From an uncultured Alphaproteobacteria bacterium (GTDB taxonomy: Bacteria > Pseudomonadota > Alphaproteobacteria > Rs-D84), in NCBI GenBank assembly GCA_934232895.1, contig CAKQGH010000004.1, forward strand, positions 21,979-85,978: a stretch of 64,000 nt of DNA, in the 5' to 3' direction. This document shows positions 8,703 to 18,600 of the stretch, piece by piece. Every line of letters starts with the position of its first letter. Within the stretch, counting starts at the first letter, position 1. The notes beneath the pieces were generated by a model, which saw only the letters and a program-made list of their open reading frames with translations, was not told the origin of the DNA and made no database searches. Both the position numbers and the translations under genes were made by a program.

Positions 8703-9347
8703 CTAATCCAATACGCTGCGTTTTAATTTCAGCAATTCGATATACATGTATATATCTGATGCCGCGTACAGCAACAATGTGATGGCCAGGTAATACACCA
8801 CCGCAACCGGTGCCGCCATTGGCCAGAACAGTAATGCCACCGCCAACGCGACCAACGCAATTGCGACAACCAGGTCAATCACCCAATGGCCAAACCGTGC
8901 ACGCGCCATATTGATGGCAAACACCAATGCACGCAATGCCTTGAAGAAAAACAGCACCACAAAAATCAATGCAATGCCGATAATTGAACCGGTCGGGTAC
9001 ACACAGAACAACACACCCAACACTATGTTGACCAGACCGAATATTACATCAATCCAACCGCCGCCAATATTACGCGACACGATGAATCCGGAAATCGCGC
9101 GATACATTCCAAACAGCACCAATCCGATGCCAATAATGAATGTCAGCACGGTCAAAATGGCAACTGGCTTGAAAAACATCCATATTGCCGCGGCACCGAA
9201 CAATATGGCCTCGCATACCAACAATGGTGCCGATTTATCGTACAGACGCTGGACCGCCGCCGCGGCCGGGTCCGATGGGGCACGCCGCACGCGTGTCGCA
9301 CGCACGCGTTTTGGTGCATATTTTTTAACTGGTTCTTTTTTTGGCAT
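8703..9347 (-). CDS. HdeD/DUF308 family membrane protein
   Basis: 214 aa. Basic N-terminal tail followed by six hydrophobic segments with the DUF308 pattern (ILFGAAAIWMFFKP, GIGLVLFGMYRAISGF, GWIDVIFGLVNIVLGVLF...). Confidence 0.7.
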   Translation of the reverse strand: MPKKEPVKKYAPKRVRATRVRRAPSDPAAAAVQRLYDKSAPLLVCEAILFGAAAIWMFFKPVAILTVLTFIIGIGLVLFGMYRAISGFIVSRNIGGGWIDVIFGLVNIVLGVLFCVYPTGSIIGIALIFVVLFFFKALRALVFAINMARARFGHWVIDLVVAIALVALAVALLFWPMAAPVAVVYYLAITLLLYAASDIYMYIELLKLKRSVLD

Positions 9348-9379
9348 ATTAAACTCCCTTTCCTTGTTTATGTGATAAC

Positions 9380-9408
9380 ATTGTAATACTTTTACCCCCG
9401 CGTTTCAA
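9380..9408 (-). promoter_or_regulatory. Putative promoter of the hdeD-like gene
   Basis: Minus strand TTGAAA, 17 nt, TACAAT. The spacer CGCGGGGGTAAAAGTAT is shared with the promoter-like site at 13956-13983. Confidence 0.4.
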
Positions 9409-9469
9409 GTCCCGCGCATCGGCAAAAATTCATATAAACGGCATAACTGTGCACGATTACCGATATTGC

Positions 9470-9775
9470 AATACCACTACCCCGCCCGCTTATGCGGGCA
9501 CCCCTTCGCTGGGCGAAGGGGACGACGGGGGCTCAGAATACATAATAAAAAAAATTGTCATTCCTACGTAGGCAGGAATAGGATCTTGAAAATTACTCTC
9601 ATTCGTTGTTGCACAATGTTCAATAAAAATGGGTTGATACCAATATTACCGTATTCCGCAATATTCTGTGTTTGGCTCGTTGTCACTCGCACTGTATAGT
9701 CCCTATTCCTGCCTACGCAGGAATGACAACATGGCAAGTGCGCCGAATGGCGCACTTCATTGCTCTCTGCTCTCT
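9470..9775. repeat. Repeat mosaic 1 (nested palindromic units; contains MITE copy 1)
   Basis: Units CCACTACC-hairpin-CACCCCTTCGC-N-GCGAAGGGGA and GCGCC-N-GGCGC + TTCATTGCTCTCTGCTCTCT recur at 30.3-30.9 kb, 38.76 kb, 46.7-47.2 kb and 56.4-57.1 kb. Confidence 0.8.
9555..9729. mobile_element. MITE-like element, copy 1 (~175 bp, ~27-bp terminal inverted repeats)
   Basis: TIRs TTGTCATTCCTACGTAGGCAGGAATAGG and CCTATTCCTGCCTACGCAGGAATGACAA. The interior is ~80% identical by eye to 56653-56830. No coding capacity. Confidence 0.7.
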
Positions 9776-9821
9776 AATAAAAACCGCCCCAGACGGGGCG
9801 GTTTTTAGTGACGCCATTCCA

Positions 9822-10271
9822 TTAAAATGGAATGTCGTCACCGATGTCGGCAACAGAAATTTCTTCGCGTGGGGCCGGTGCCGCCGCCGGGGCGTCATTC
9901 ATTCCCTGGTCCAGGCTTTTTGCACCAGATAGAATCACCATTTGACCCGCGAATTGGTTCAACACAACCTCGGTCGTGAAAACATCGGTGCCCTGTTGGT
10001 TTTGCCATTTGCGCGTGCGCAACGAACCCTCCAGATACAATTTGGTGCCCTTTTGCAACATACGTTCCGCAACATCAACCAAATTAGGATTGAAAATCAC
10101 AACGCGATGCCATTCTGTTTGTTCTTTCTGTTCACCGGTCGTGCGGTCACGCCATCTGTCCGATGTGGCCAACGAGAAACTGACAACTTTTTGTCCGCTT
10201 TGCATTGTGCGCACCTGGGGTTCTTGGCCCACATTACCAACCAATATTACTTTATTTATACTGCCTGCCAT
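9822..10271 (-). CDS. ssb: Single-stranded DNA-binding protein
   Basis: [43 protein letters not shown]...[11 protein letters not shown]-fold and the acidic tail ...DDIPF. Confidence 0.95.
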   Translation of the reverse strand: MAGSINKVILVGNVGQEPQVRTMQSGQKVVSFSLATSDRWRDRTTGEQKEQTEWHRVVIFNPNLVDVAERMLQKGTKLYLEGSLRTRKWQNQQGTDVFTTEVVLNQFAGQMVILSGAKSLDQGMNDAPAAAPAPREEISVADIGDDIPF

Positions 10272-10346
10272 ATTCGCTTCCTTTGTTTAATTGTATGTTT
10301 AATGAAAGCAATTACGCGCCAATAAATCAAGCAAAAATAACAAATC

Positions 10347-10375
10347 TTGACTTTTTGGGGCAAAAGGCGTATAAT
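10347..10375 (+). promoter_or_regulatory. Putative sigma70 promoter of rho
   Basis: TTGACT (10347-10352), 17-nt spacer, TATAAT (10370-10375), ~65 nt upstream of the rho ATG. Confidence 0.55.
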
Positions 10376-10441
10376 AGTCGGGTCAAAAGACAAGTTGGGC
10401 GCGAATTCTCGCAACACCCCATTCCCACAAAAGGATTATTT

Positions 10442-11710
<1,269 letters not shown>

Positions 11711-11713
11711 CAG

Positions 11714-11739
11714 AAACGCGCCAATGGCGCGTTTTTTTT
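11714..11739 (+). terminator. Rho-independent terminator after rho
   Basis: AACGCGCC-AAT-GGCGCGTT followed by TTTTTTT. Confidence 0.8.
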
Positions 11740-11751
11740 GGAAATACCCCA

Positions 11752-11976
11752 ATGAAAATATATCTGATTGCGACGGTTGCCGCATTTATTTTATTTGCGT
11801 TTGCCGCCGGGGCGCGTATCGGCACCCTGCGATGCGAACGCGGCATGGCACAGAGCGCAACCCAGCACCAAAACGACATAATTCAACACCAGGTACAAAT
11901 AAATGAGAAAACTTTGCATACTGGCATGCGTGATATTCGCCGCATCTTGCGCGAAAAATACACCATTGCCGAATAA
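11752..11976 (+). CDS. Small N-terminally anchored membrane protein (i-spanin/Rz-like topology)
   Basis: 74 aa. TM IYLIATVAAFILFAFAAGA followed by a polar, helical-looking tail (QSATQHQNDIIQHQVQINEKTLHTGMRDIRRILREKY). Its 3' end overlaps the next ORF out of frame. Confidence 0.45.
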   Translation: MKIYLIATVAAFILFAFAAGARIGTLRCERGMAQSATQHQNDIIQHQVQINEKTLHTGMRDIRRILREKYTIAE

Positions 11977-12088
11977 TACTTGCCCACCATGCATACCGAT
12001 ATATGGGCGCGCAAATGATTGGGGCCAAATCAGTGACGATTTGGCCCGCAATATTTACCGACATAATCTGATATGTAGCGAAATTTAA
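11903..12088 (+). CDS. Small Pro/Cys-rich lipoprotein (o-spanin/Rz1-like), starting inside the preceding gene
   Basis: 61 aa. MRKLCILACVIFAASC is a signal peptide plus lipobox-like AASC. The mature part AKNTPLPNNTCPPCIPIYG... is Pro/Cys-rich. It overlaps 11752..11976 by 74 nt in another frame. Confidence 0.45.
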   Translation: MRKLCILACVIFAASCAKNTPLPNNTCPPCIPIYGRANDWGQISDDLARNIYRHNLICSEI

Positions 12089-12927
12089 TCAGCCAACGCA
12101 ATGCCGACCAATTCACGGACAATTTCCGCACTTTGCGCATCATCGTCGCGTGGGGCATATTCCACAAATTCGAAACTGTGTGCATCGGGCGCAAACGCGT
12201 GTGTCAACTGGCGCGCGACAGCCAATGTTATGCCGTTTGGCTCGGGCACCAATACCGATTTGAACACATCGGCATCAATTGCATCAAAATCAAACGATAC
12301 AACATACGGGCGACCGTCAATTTGGCGGAATATTTCCCCAATTACGGCGTCCAATCGGTCCGGCGAATTCAAATCATCGGGCGTGCGCATAAATATATTG
12401 TTGTCACGAACAAACTCTATTTCCGCCGGTTCATACGAACGCGAGCCCAAATAGAATATATTTTCGGGCTTTAATGCCGGCACGCGTTCTTGCAACCCCA
12501 ACCAGCGTTCATCGCCCTGGCCCACCAATGCGCGCACATTTGTGCCATGTGGCGCCCCCGACGCCTGGGCACGGGATGATTCCGGCGTGTGAATATCCAA
12601 ATGCGCATCAATGTAGACCAGGCATAAATCCTGGTCTGGGATACGGTCCGCCAACGCGGCAAAATGTCCAAAATTTACCGAATGGTCGCCACCAATCAAA
12701 ACATGCGGCGTACGCGGTGTTGTTGCATAGATTTTTTTCTGGACCAAAAAGTTTTCACCAAAACGGTCACGCGCCCACAGTTCCGCATCATACGCATCTG
12801 GCACAACGGTTGTGCAATCACAATCTGGGAACATTTTTTTGACCGCCGCCGGGGCCAATGCCGGCCCGCCCAAGACTACATTTGCGGTCGCGCCGCGTCC
12901 ATATTCAATTCCAAATAAAGATTTCAT
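12085..12927 (-). CDS. Arginase/agmatinase/formiminoglutamase family (ureohydrolase) protein
   Basis: Mn-ligand motifs IGGDHSV, YIDAHLDIHTPESS and SFDFDAIDADV. ATGA start/stop overlap with the upstream secreted-protein gene. Confidence 0.8.
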   Translation of the reverse strand: MKSLFGIEYGRGATANVVLGGPALAPAAVKKMFPDCDCTTVVPDAYDAELWARDRFGENFLVQKKIYATTPRTPHVLIGGDHSVNFGHFAALADRIPDQDLCLVYIDAHLDIHTPESSRAQASGAPHGTNVRALVGQGDERWLGLQERVPALKPENIFYLGSRSYEPAEIEFVRDNNIFMRTPDDLNSPDRLDAVIGEIFRQIDGRPYVVSFDFDAIDADVFKSVLVPEPNGITLAVARQLTHAFAPDAHSFEFVEYAPRDDDAQSAEIVRELVGIALAD

Positions 12928-13946
12928 TTATAAGACCCCACTATACTTTCGGCGGCAGATTTAATTTTTTGCAGCGACTGTTCGTACGACGCGCAATCAC
13001 GCGCGATTTCCGAACGATATGCATCGCGCAGGTTTGTCGCCATATAAAAGCACCCACGCAAATGCTGGGCGCAATAACTGTGCCCCGCCACAAACGCATT
13101 TTGACCATTGGTGCGGTTATCCGCACTGGACCAGTCAATATCCAACAAATTATCCAATTTAGTCCACGAATTATCCCCGGTGTATTTCCCCACACGGTCC
13201 ATCCAATATTCATTCATTTCATCATCAGACCACTGTTTCGTGGTTTTCAACGCCAATATTTTATTCACCAATTCCGTAATTGCCGGTTGGTATGTCGCGT
13301 CAATCTGGGCCAATCTGGAACTGCAAAAGCAACGATTATACGCCGTATCTTTGCGCTGGCAATAATCATTCATGCATTCGGTATAATCCGCATAGCACCG
13401 CGCCGATGTTATTGTTTCGCCCGTTGTGGTTGTTTGAACCAAATTGTCCGACGAACGCACAACCGATGACGCATCGTCACGCACGGCCCGCCCGCGCGCG
13501 GCACCGGTTGTCGACGACACACCACGCATCATATTTGCATTACCCGTCGCCGAACGCGCAGTGGTGCGCCGCGGAACAACACGACGCGCGGTGGTTGAAC
13601 TCGCACTTGATGCGGCGGATGTCGTGGTGCCAGTTGTTGTGGCGGCACGCGCCGCCGTCGTGGTACGCGGCACAACGCGGCGATTGCTGGACGATGCCGT
13701 TTGAACCGTACGCGCCAGCGTATTTATCTGCGCATTATTTTGTGTTGGTGTCGTCCCAGGGTTCAAACTGGTCCGCATTTTATTGTTCATATATGGATAC
13801 AAATTGTTGTATGTATTCGCACTGACATACCCCGCGGCGGCATTTGACGACGTGCTGCGTGCACTGCGTGCGGCGGCATTCGCATCAATCTGCGCCACGC
13901 CCCCCACCAGGCACCCAATAATCAAAATTCGCAAATACCTATACAT
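12924..13946 (-). CDS. Secreted protein, Thr/Arg/Ala-rich disordered region plus conserved Cys-motif domain (paralog of 47225..50596)
   Basis: Signal peptide MYRYLRILIIGCLVGGVAQIDANA. Low-complexity RRVVPRTTTAARAATTTGTTT... Then CYADYTECMNDYCQRKDTAYNRCFCSSRLAQID, which aligns with CREVYYNCMDEFCANKDSQLKRCACSSRVNEFD in the 1123-aa protein. Confidence 0.7.
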   Translation of the reverse strand: MYRYLRILIIGCLVGGVAQIDANAAARSARSTSSNAAAGYVSANTYNNLYPYMNNKMRTSLNPGTTPTQNNAQINTLARTVQTASSSNRRVVPRTTTAARAATTTGTTTSAASSASSTTARRVVPRRTTARSATGNANMMRGVSSTTGAARGRAVRDDASSVVRSSDNLVQTTTTGETITSARCYADYTECMNDYCQRKDTAYNRCFCSSRLAQIDATYQPAITELVNKILALKTTKQWSDDEMNEYWMDRVGKYTGDNSWTKLDNLLDIDWSSADNRTNGQNAFVAGHSYCAQHLRGCFYMATNLRDAYRSEIARDCASYEQSLQKIKSAAESIVGSYK

Positions 13947-13955
13947 CACCACTAT

Positions 13956-13983
13956 GATATAAACTTTTACCCCCCGCGTTCAA
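13956..13983 (-). promoter_or_regulatory. Putative promoter of the 12924..13946 operon
   Basis: Minus strand TTGAAC, 16 nt, TATATC. Spacer GCGGGGGGTAAAAGTT is nearly identical to that at 9386-9402. Confidence 0.35.
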
Positions 13984-14042
13984 GCACAAAATAATATAAA
14001 CATTTGCAATTCAAAAAATTGCTGTTATAATCTGTGTCGTTT

Positions 14043-14119
14043 CGGGGCGTAGCTCAGTCTGGTAGAGTGCTTGCTTTGGGAGCAAGATGTCGAAGGTTCG
14101 AATCCTTTCGCCCCGACCA
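14043..14119 (+). tRNA. tRNA-Pro (anticodon TGG)
   Basis: CGGGGCGTAGCTCAGTCTGGTAGAGTGCTTGCTTTGGGAGCAAGATGTCGAAGGTTCGAATCCTTTCGCCCCGACCA. Clean cloverleaf, anticodon loop TTTGGGA, encoded CCA. Confidence 0.93.
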
Positions 14120-14168
14120 GAAATAAAAAACGGTGCTTTACGCACCATTTTTTATTTCTGGTTTGGGC

Positions 14169-14212
14169 GAAATACGGATTTGACACCTGAACATTACGCA
14201 GTAATGTTGGTT
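14169..14212 (+). repeat. Direct repeat R1 (~44 bp; partner at 14666-14710)
   Basis: GAAATACGGATTTGACACCTGAACATTACGCAGTAATGTTGGTTC versus AAAATACGGATTTGATACCTGAACATTACGCAATAAGGTTGGTTC. Confidence 0.8.
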
Positions 14213-14479
14213 CGACTACGAGTCAGCGAGCCCCCGGCGAGCGCAGTCCGCGCCCAGCGGACGCGAACGAGTGCCCCGCAGGCACGGCGCATTTATGCGC
14301 CAGCCGAGGGAATCTTTCGCCCTGCACCGATTCCGACAACCACTTTGGGTCGTTTTTTATTTTTTCCGCGGGACGCGGATTCGAACTTGGTTCTCATCTT
14401 TCCCTCGTTGTGGCACGCCACAACTGCGGGGCATTCGTGACGGTTTGGTCGCGCTATACGCGTCCGCACCTACTCATTG

Positions 14480-14491
14480 TCGCCCCGACCA
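14480..14491 (+). repeat. Duplicate of the tRNA-Pro 3' end (12 nt, att-like)
   Basis: TCGCCCCGACCA is identical to tRNA positions 14108-14119 and is followed by a palindromic hairpin, as after the genuine tRNA. Confidence 0.6.
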
Positions 14492-14651
14492 TGAATAAAA
14501 AATCGGTATCGTCAGATACCGTTTTTTTGTTCATCGATTGAGTGGTTGGATTCGAACCTTCGAGGAAGAAGGTTCGAACCGCAGGCACAAGGCAGACGGC
14601 AGTATGCCGGTTCGCGCCAGCGAATGTGCCCAGGTGGGCGCCAGCCAATCA

Positions 14652-14665
14652 TTTCGCCCCGACCA
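14652..14665 (+). repeat. Duplicate of the tRNA-Pro 3' end (14 nt, att-like)
   Basis: TTTCGCCCCGACCA is identical to 14106-14119 and is directly followed by repeat R2. Confidence 0.6.
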
Positions 14666-14710
14666 AAAATACGGATTTGATACCTGAACATTACGCAATA
14701 AGGTTGGTTC
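14666..14710 (+). repeat. Direct repeat R2 (partner of 14169-14212)
   Basis: See R1; about 4 mismatches by eye. Confidence 0.8.
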
Positions 14711-14731
14711 TCATTTTGTCTTGCACCAAAC

Positions 14732-14760
14732 AAAAAATCCCGCGGATGCGGGATTTTTTG
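14732..14760 (-). terminator. Terminator of the SIMPL-domain gene
   Basis: AAAAAA-TCCCGC-GGAT-GCGGGA-TTTTTT. Confidence 0.8.
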
Positions 14761-14778
14761 TACGAATATTTGTTCTGA

Positions 14779-15543
14779 TTAATCCAACCAATATTCCACA
14801 GTAGATACCACGCGGACGGTTTTGTCTATGGATTGGGATTCCGAACCATCGGCGCCCTGTTCCCGCGGCAAGATGGAAAACACACCCTGGCTGGCGTGAC
14901 GAATGTTGCCAACACGGCTGTCCGATGCCTTGGCAAATTCAGCGGCCGCGGCCGCGGCGTTCTTGGTGGCCTGTTCCAACATTTGTGGTTTAATTTTGTT
15001 CAATCCGGTAAATACATAGGACACCGGCGAACCATATTGATTGTCCAGAATAATTCCGGCGGCAACCAAATCACCATTTTGGCGCACCGCATGGTCAACC
15101 AAATCAACATTCTTGGAACGCACGGTCACCGTTTGATTCAAAATAAAGCGCGATGTCATATCGGTACTGCTGCGATATGGGTTCGCCATCAAATCAGTTG
15201 TTTCTATGCGACCGTCGCTGATTTCTGCGGCATCAAATCCTTGCTCGGCCAAGAATTTATAGATTACAGTGCGTTGCGAGTCAATTTTCTTTTGCGCGGC
15301 GGTTAAATCATCCGATGTTATAACGAATCGCAAATTCCACACCGCCAAATCAGCACGAACATCCATTTCCGCCAGGCCCTTGACCGTGACAAAATTCGCC
15401 TTGATTTTAGATTGATAGTAATAATATCCCGGGAAAAATCCCCCCAATGCAATACCCACCGTCAGCAACAAAATAGCGCCCAATCTGCCGCCACGAGTGA
15501 ATTTTTTGTCCTGGTTGCAATCGCAATTTTCTTTATTTGCCAT
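14779..15543 (-). CDS. SIMPL (DUF541) domain-containing protein
   Basis: 254 aa. N-terminal TM LGAILLLTVGIALGGFF. Then FVTVKGLAEMDVRADLAVWNLRF..., VRSKNVDLV..., KNAAAAAAEFAKASDSRVGNIRHASQG and VSTVEYWLD, typical of the SIMPL/26-kDa periplasmic protein family. Confidence 0.8.
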   Translation of the reverse strand: MANKENCDCNQDKKFTRGGRLGAILLLTVGIALGGFFPGYYYYQSKIKANFVTVKGLAEMDVRADLAVWNLRFVITSDDLTAAQKKIDSQRTVIYKFLAEQGFDAAEISDGRIETTDLMANPYRSSTDMTSRFILNQTVTVRSKNVDLVDHAVRQNGDLVAAGIILDNQYGSPVSYVFTGLNKIKPQMLEQATKNAAAAAAEFAKASDSRVGNIRHASQGVFSILPREQGADGSESQSIDKTVRVVSTVEYWLD

Positions 15544-15651
15544 CTGATTTCCTCCTGTTCAAAAATTGATATGATCAATGTTATGCTAAACTTGTAAAAA
15601 CTGCAACTGTTTTTGTCCGTGTGTGCATCGGCAAATATACCGTTGTTTTAT

Positions 15652-15683
15652 AAAAATCCCCGCCATCGGCGGGGATTTTATTT
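15652..15683 (-). terminator. Terminator of the autotransporter gene
   Basis: AAAAA-TCCCCGCC-ATC-GGCGGGGA-TTTTATTTT. Confidence 0.75.
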
Positions 15684-18600
15684 TCAGAACCGATACGAAC
15701 CAGATATCTTGATGTTATGCAATTGGATATCCTGGTTATATTGATAGCGGTAATCCAAACCAACCTGAATTCCGGTTGCCGAAACAAATTCCACCCCGCC
15801 GCCGATATTTGCCCACATTGGGTCAATATTCAAATCATATTCGGTGAAACTGTCTGCCGCGGCAAATTTATATTTTGCCGTATCCGGCGCGCCCAGAACA
15901 TCGTATTCAATACCAATCGATGCATACGGGCGAATCTGGAACCACATTGACGGATAAATACGTTTTTGCGCCATCAATGAATATCCCGGCGTCAACATCA
16001 GGTATCCATCAGATTCCATTTTCATGTAATCATGACCGCCAACCTTTTCAGTGACGCTGAACCCGGTGTTATATCCCGCGCGCACATACATATTGCCAAC
16101 GATATACTGGTTCAACCAATCGTGCAACAGGCCCCATTCACTGGTCAAACTGAACGCGGAACCATTACCCGTGATTTCACCATCAACATACGTCTGGTTG
16201 CGAGAAACATCAAACAGGTGCAAATCCAAGAACGCAGTACCATACAAACGCGTTTTGTCGCCCAATATTTTCATCATGTATCCACCCATACCAATGTTCG
16301 TATCAGCAACCGATGTATCAATATGACCGGCAATGTAATCATTGGTCGCATTGTATGCCAAATCCAGCGCGCTGGCCGTATCGGTCGACATGTGCGACAC
16401 GCGCGCCGTCAAACCATATATAACCGTCTGGGAATGTTGCCAATCAAACCCGCCCGATACACTGAACCGATTACCATCGGCGTGCAAACCGTCGGTCGTT
16501 TTTTGGTACAACATACCAAAGTCCGTATCAACCCAGGCCTTTTTCAATTTGCGGTTGCGGTTCCATATAAATTCGTCGAACATACGGTCTTCGAATGAAC
16601 GCGCATTTGTGTGTTCATTCAACGCAACATTTCCGGCAATTTGTTCAATTTCGCGCGCCTGGAACAATTGGCTGAAACGTTCCAGCCCCGCGCCATTACG
16701 ATATTCATCATAGTTTTCCAACCGTTTGTACAATTCGTCGCCCATCGTGCCCAGCCCCGCGCCACGGAATATCAACGGCAACAATTCAATTGCCTGGGTG
16801 CCACTGAAACCGTTTTTCTGTTGCAGACCCGCAATCAAATTATCCAACGCACCCGCCGATACCGCGGCATCTGGGGAATAGCCCGGCACGCGTTCAACAA
16901 TAGGCTGAATTTTCGAAATCTTTATCGGACCACCAAAACGGTCATCAAATACGATATAAATATCGTTGCCATTTCGTACCGTCAAATATGCGCCGGCAAT
17001 GTCACTAGCATCGGCCAAATCCGCCGGATCAAAATATGTATAGCACATTGTGCCCGACGCATTGCAAATCGCAACACTCACATTGCGCAGTTTATCCAAA
17101 CCATCCAGTTCGCTGATGCCGCCATCGGCATGCGCCAACCATAACGCCTTGGATATATCGGGCAATTCGGTCAAACCAACGCCAATCAAACCGGTTCCAG
17201 ACGCCAGATTCGCCAGCGAAACTTGTGATTTGAATTCGCCCGTAATCTTGACCAGTGCCAGGTTTTCGACATTGTTCGAAATTTGACCGAATGTATTATC
17301 ATCGGCCAGGCTGATTGTTGACCAATGCAATGCACTGATTGGGCCACCCGCAACGACCAGACGACTGTTGTTATCAAATATATAATCGCCCCTAACGATC
17401 AAATCACCCAGGTTATTAAACCGCACACCGCCCGAAATATCACCAGTAATTTCAGCACTAATACTGTTGTAATCACGCGCCGAAATGGTCAGCAAATTGC
17501 CATTTGTTTCAATTGCGCCACGAACCTCCAAATTTGAAGTATTCAAATTCAGATTACCACCCGTTTGGTCAATTCCAGCAACACTTACGCTGTTGGCATT
17601 GATGGTGTAATCGTTCGCAATAATGTTTACATCGGTCCCGCGCACGGTTATATCGCCATTATAATTCTGGTACAAAATGCCCGCCTTGAAATCGCCATTT
17701 ACGGTAATTCCATTGCCACGCAATTCGGCATTACCCGCAACGATGTTCAGCCCCGACATAATAACACTGGCCGCGGTTGCGGTATTCGAATTCAATGTCA
17801 GCATCCCAGAATTCACCACAACATTACCCAAATCCGCGCCACTTGTCGCACTCAGCATCAAATTACCGGCATTCGTCACACCGCCCGCCGTGATTGATGA
17901 TGCATATAAACTGGTGGTTGCGCCCGACGCAACATTGATACCACCGTCAACCGTGGCATTTCCAGACAGAACATACCCGACCGAATTTGCGTTTGCGTTT
18001 AACGCACCCGACACGGTCAAATCGCCCGCCTGAACCATGGCAGTTGCATTGCTGCCAATAATATTAAATCCATTTGTCGTGGCACCGCTGGTCAACACAT
18101 GATTCAAATCGCCGGTGATTGTAATCGCATCGGTCACGGTGATATTATTCGCCGTTGTGTTTATTGCGCCGCCATTTACAGTAATTGAATGCGCATCAAC
18201 ATTTGGTGCGGTAATGTCCATTGCGCCATCATTTGCAACAATCGCGTTGGCGGTCACACTCGTTCCGGTGATTTTCAAAACGCCACTGTTGGTAATATTT
18301 CCAGTCGTCACCGATTCCGTATTTGCCCCGCCCAACACCATTGTTGCATTGGCGTTGTTTGTCACCGCACTGTCCGCCGCATCAATATGCGCCGCCGAAA
18401 TTTCAACCGTTGCGCCATTATAATTTATAATGTCGTCGCCCAGTTCCACATCCCCCGCCGCGGTAATGTCAATTTCACTGGTGCTGGATTCGGTTTCCAA
18501 TTTCCCCGTGATGTTTGCCGCGGCCGCGGATTTCAGTGTTAATTTTTTATCCTTGGTAATAATATCGCCACCAACCAAAATATCATCGGTTGTGGTGGTC

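Noticed and set aside
14120-14780. Possible tmRNA (including the permuted two-piece alphaproteobacterial form) or other structured ncRNA next to tRNA-Pro
   Set aside because: GGATTCGAAC-like strings and acceptor-like ends are present. However, I could not assemble a complementary acceptor stem with a proper T-arm, nor find a tag reading frame ending in a hydrophobic ...AA stop. The pieces look like degenerate tRNA fragments. This should still be run through ARAGORN and Infernal.
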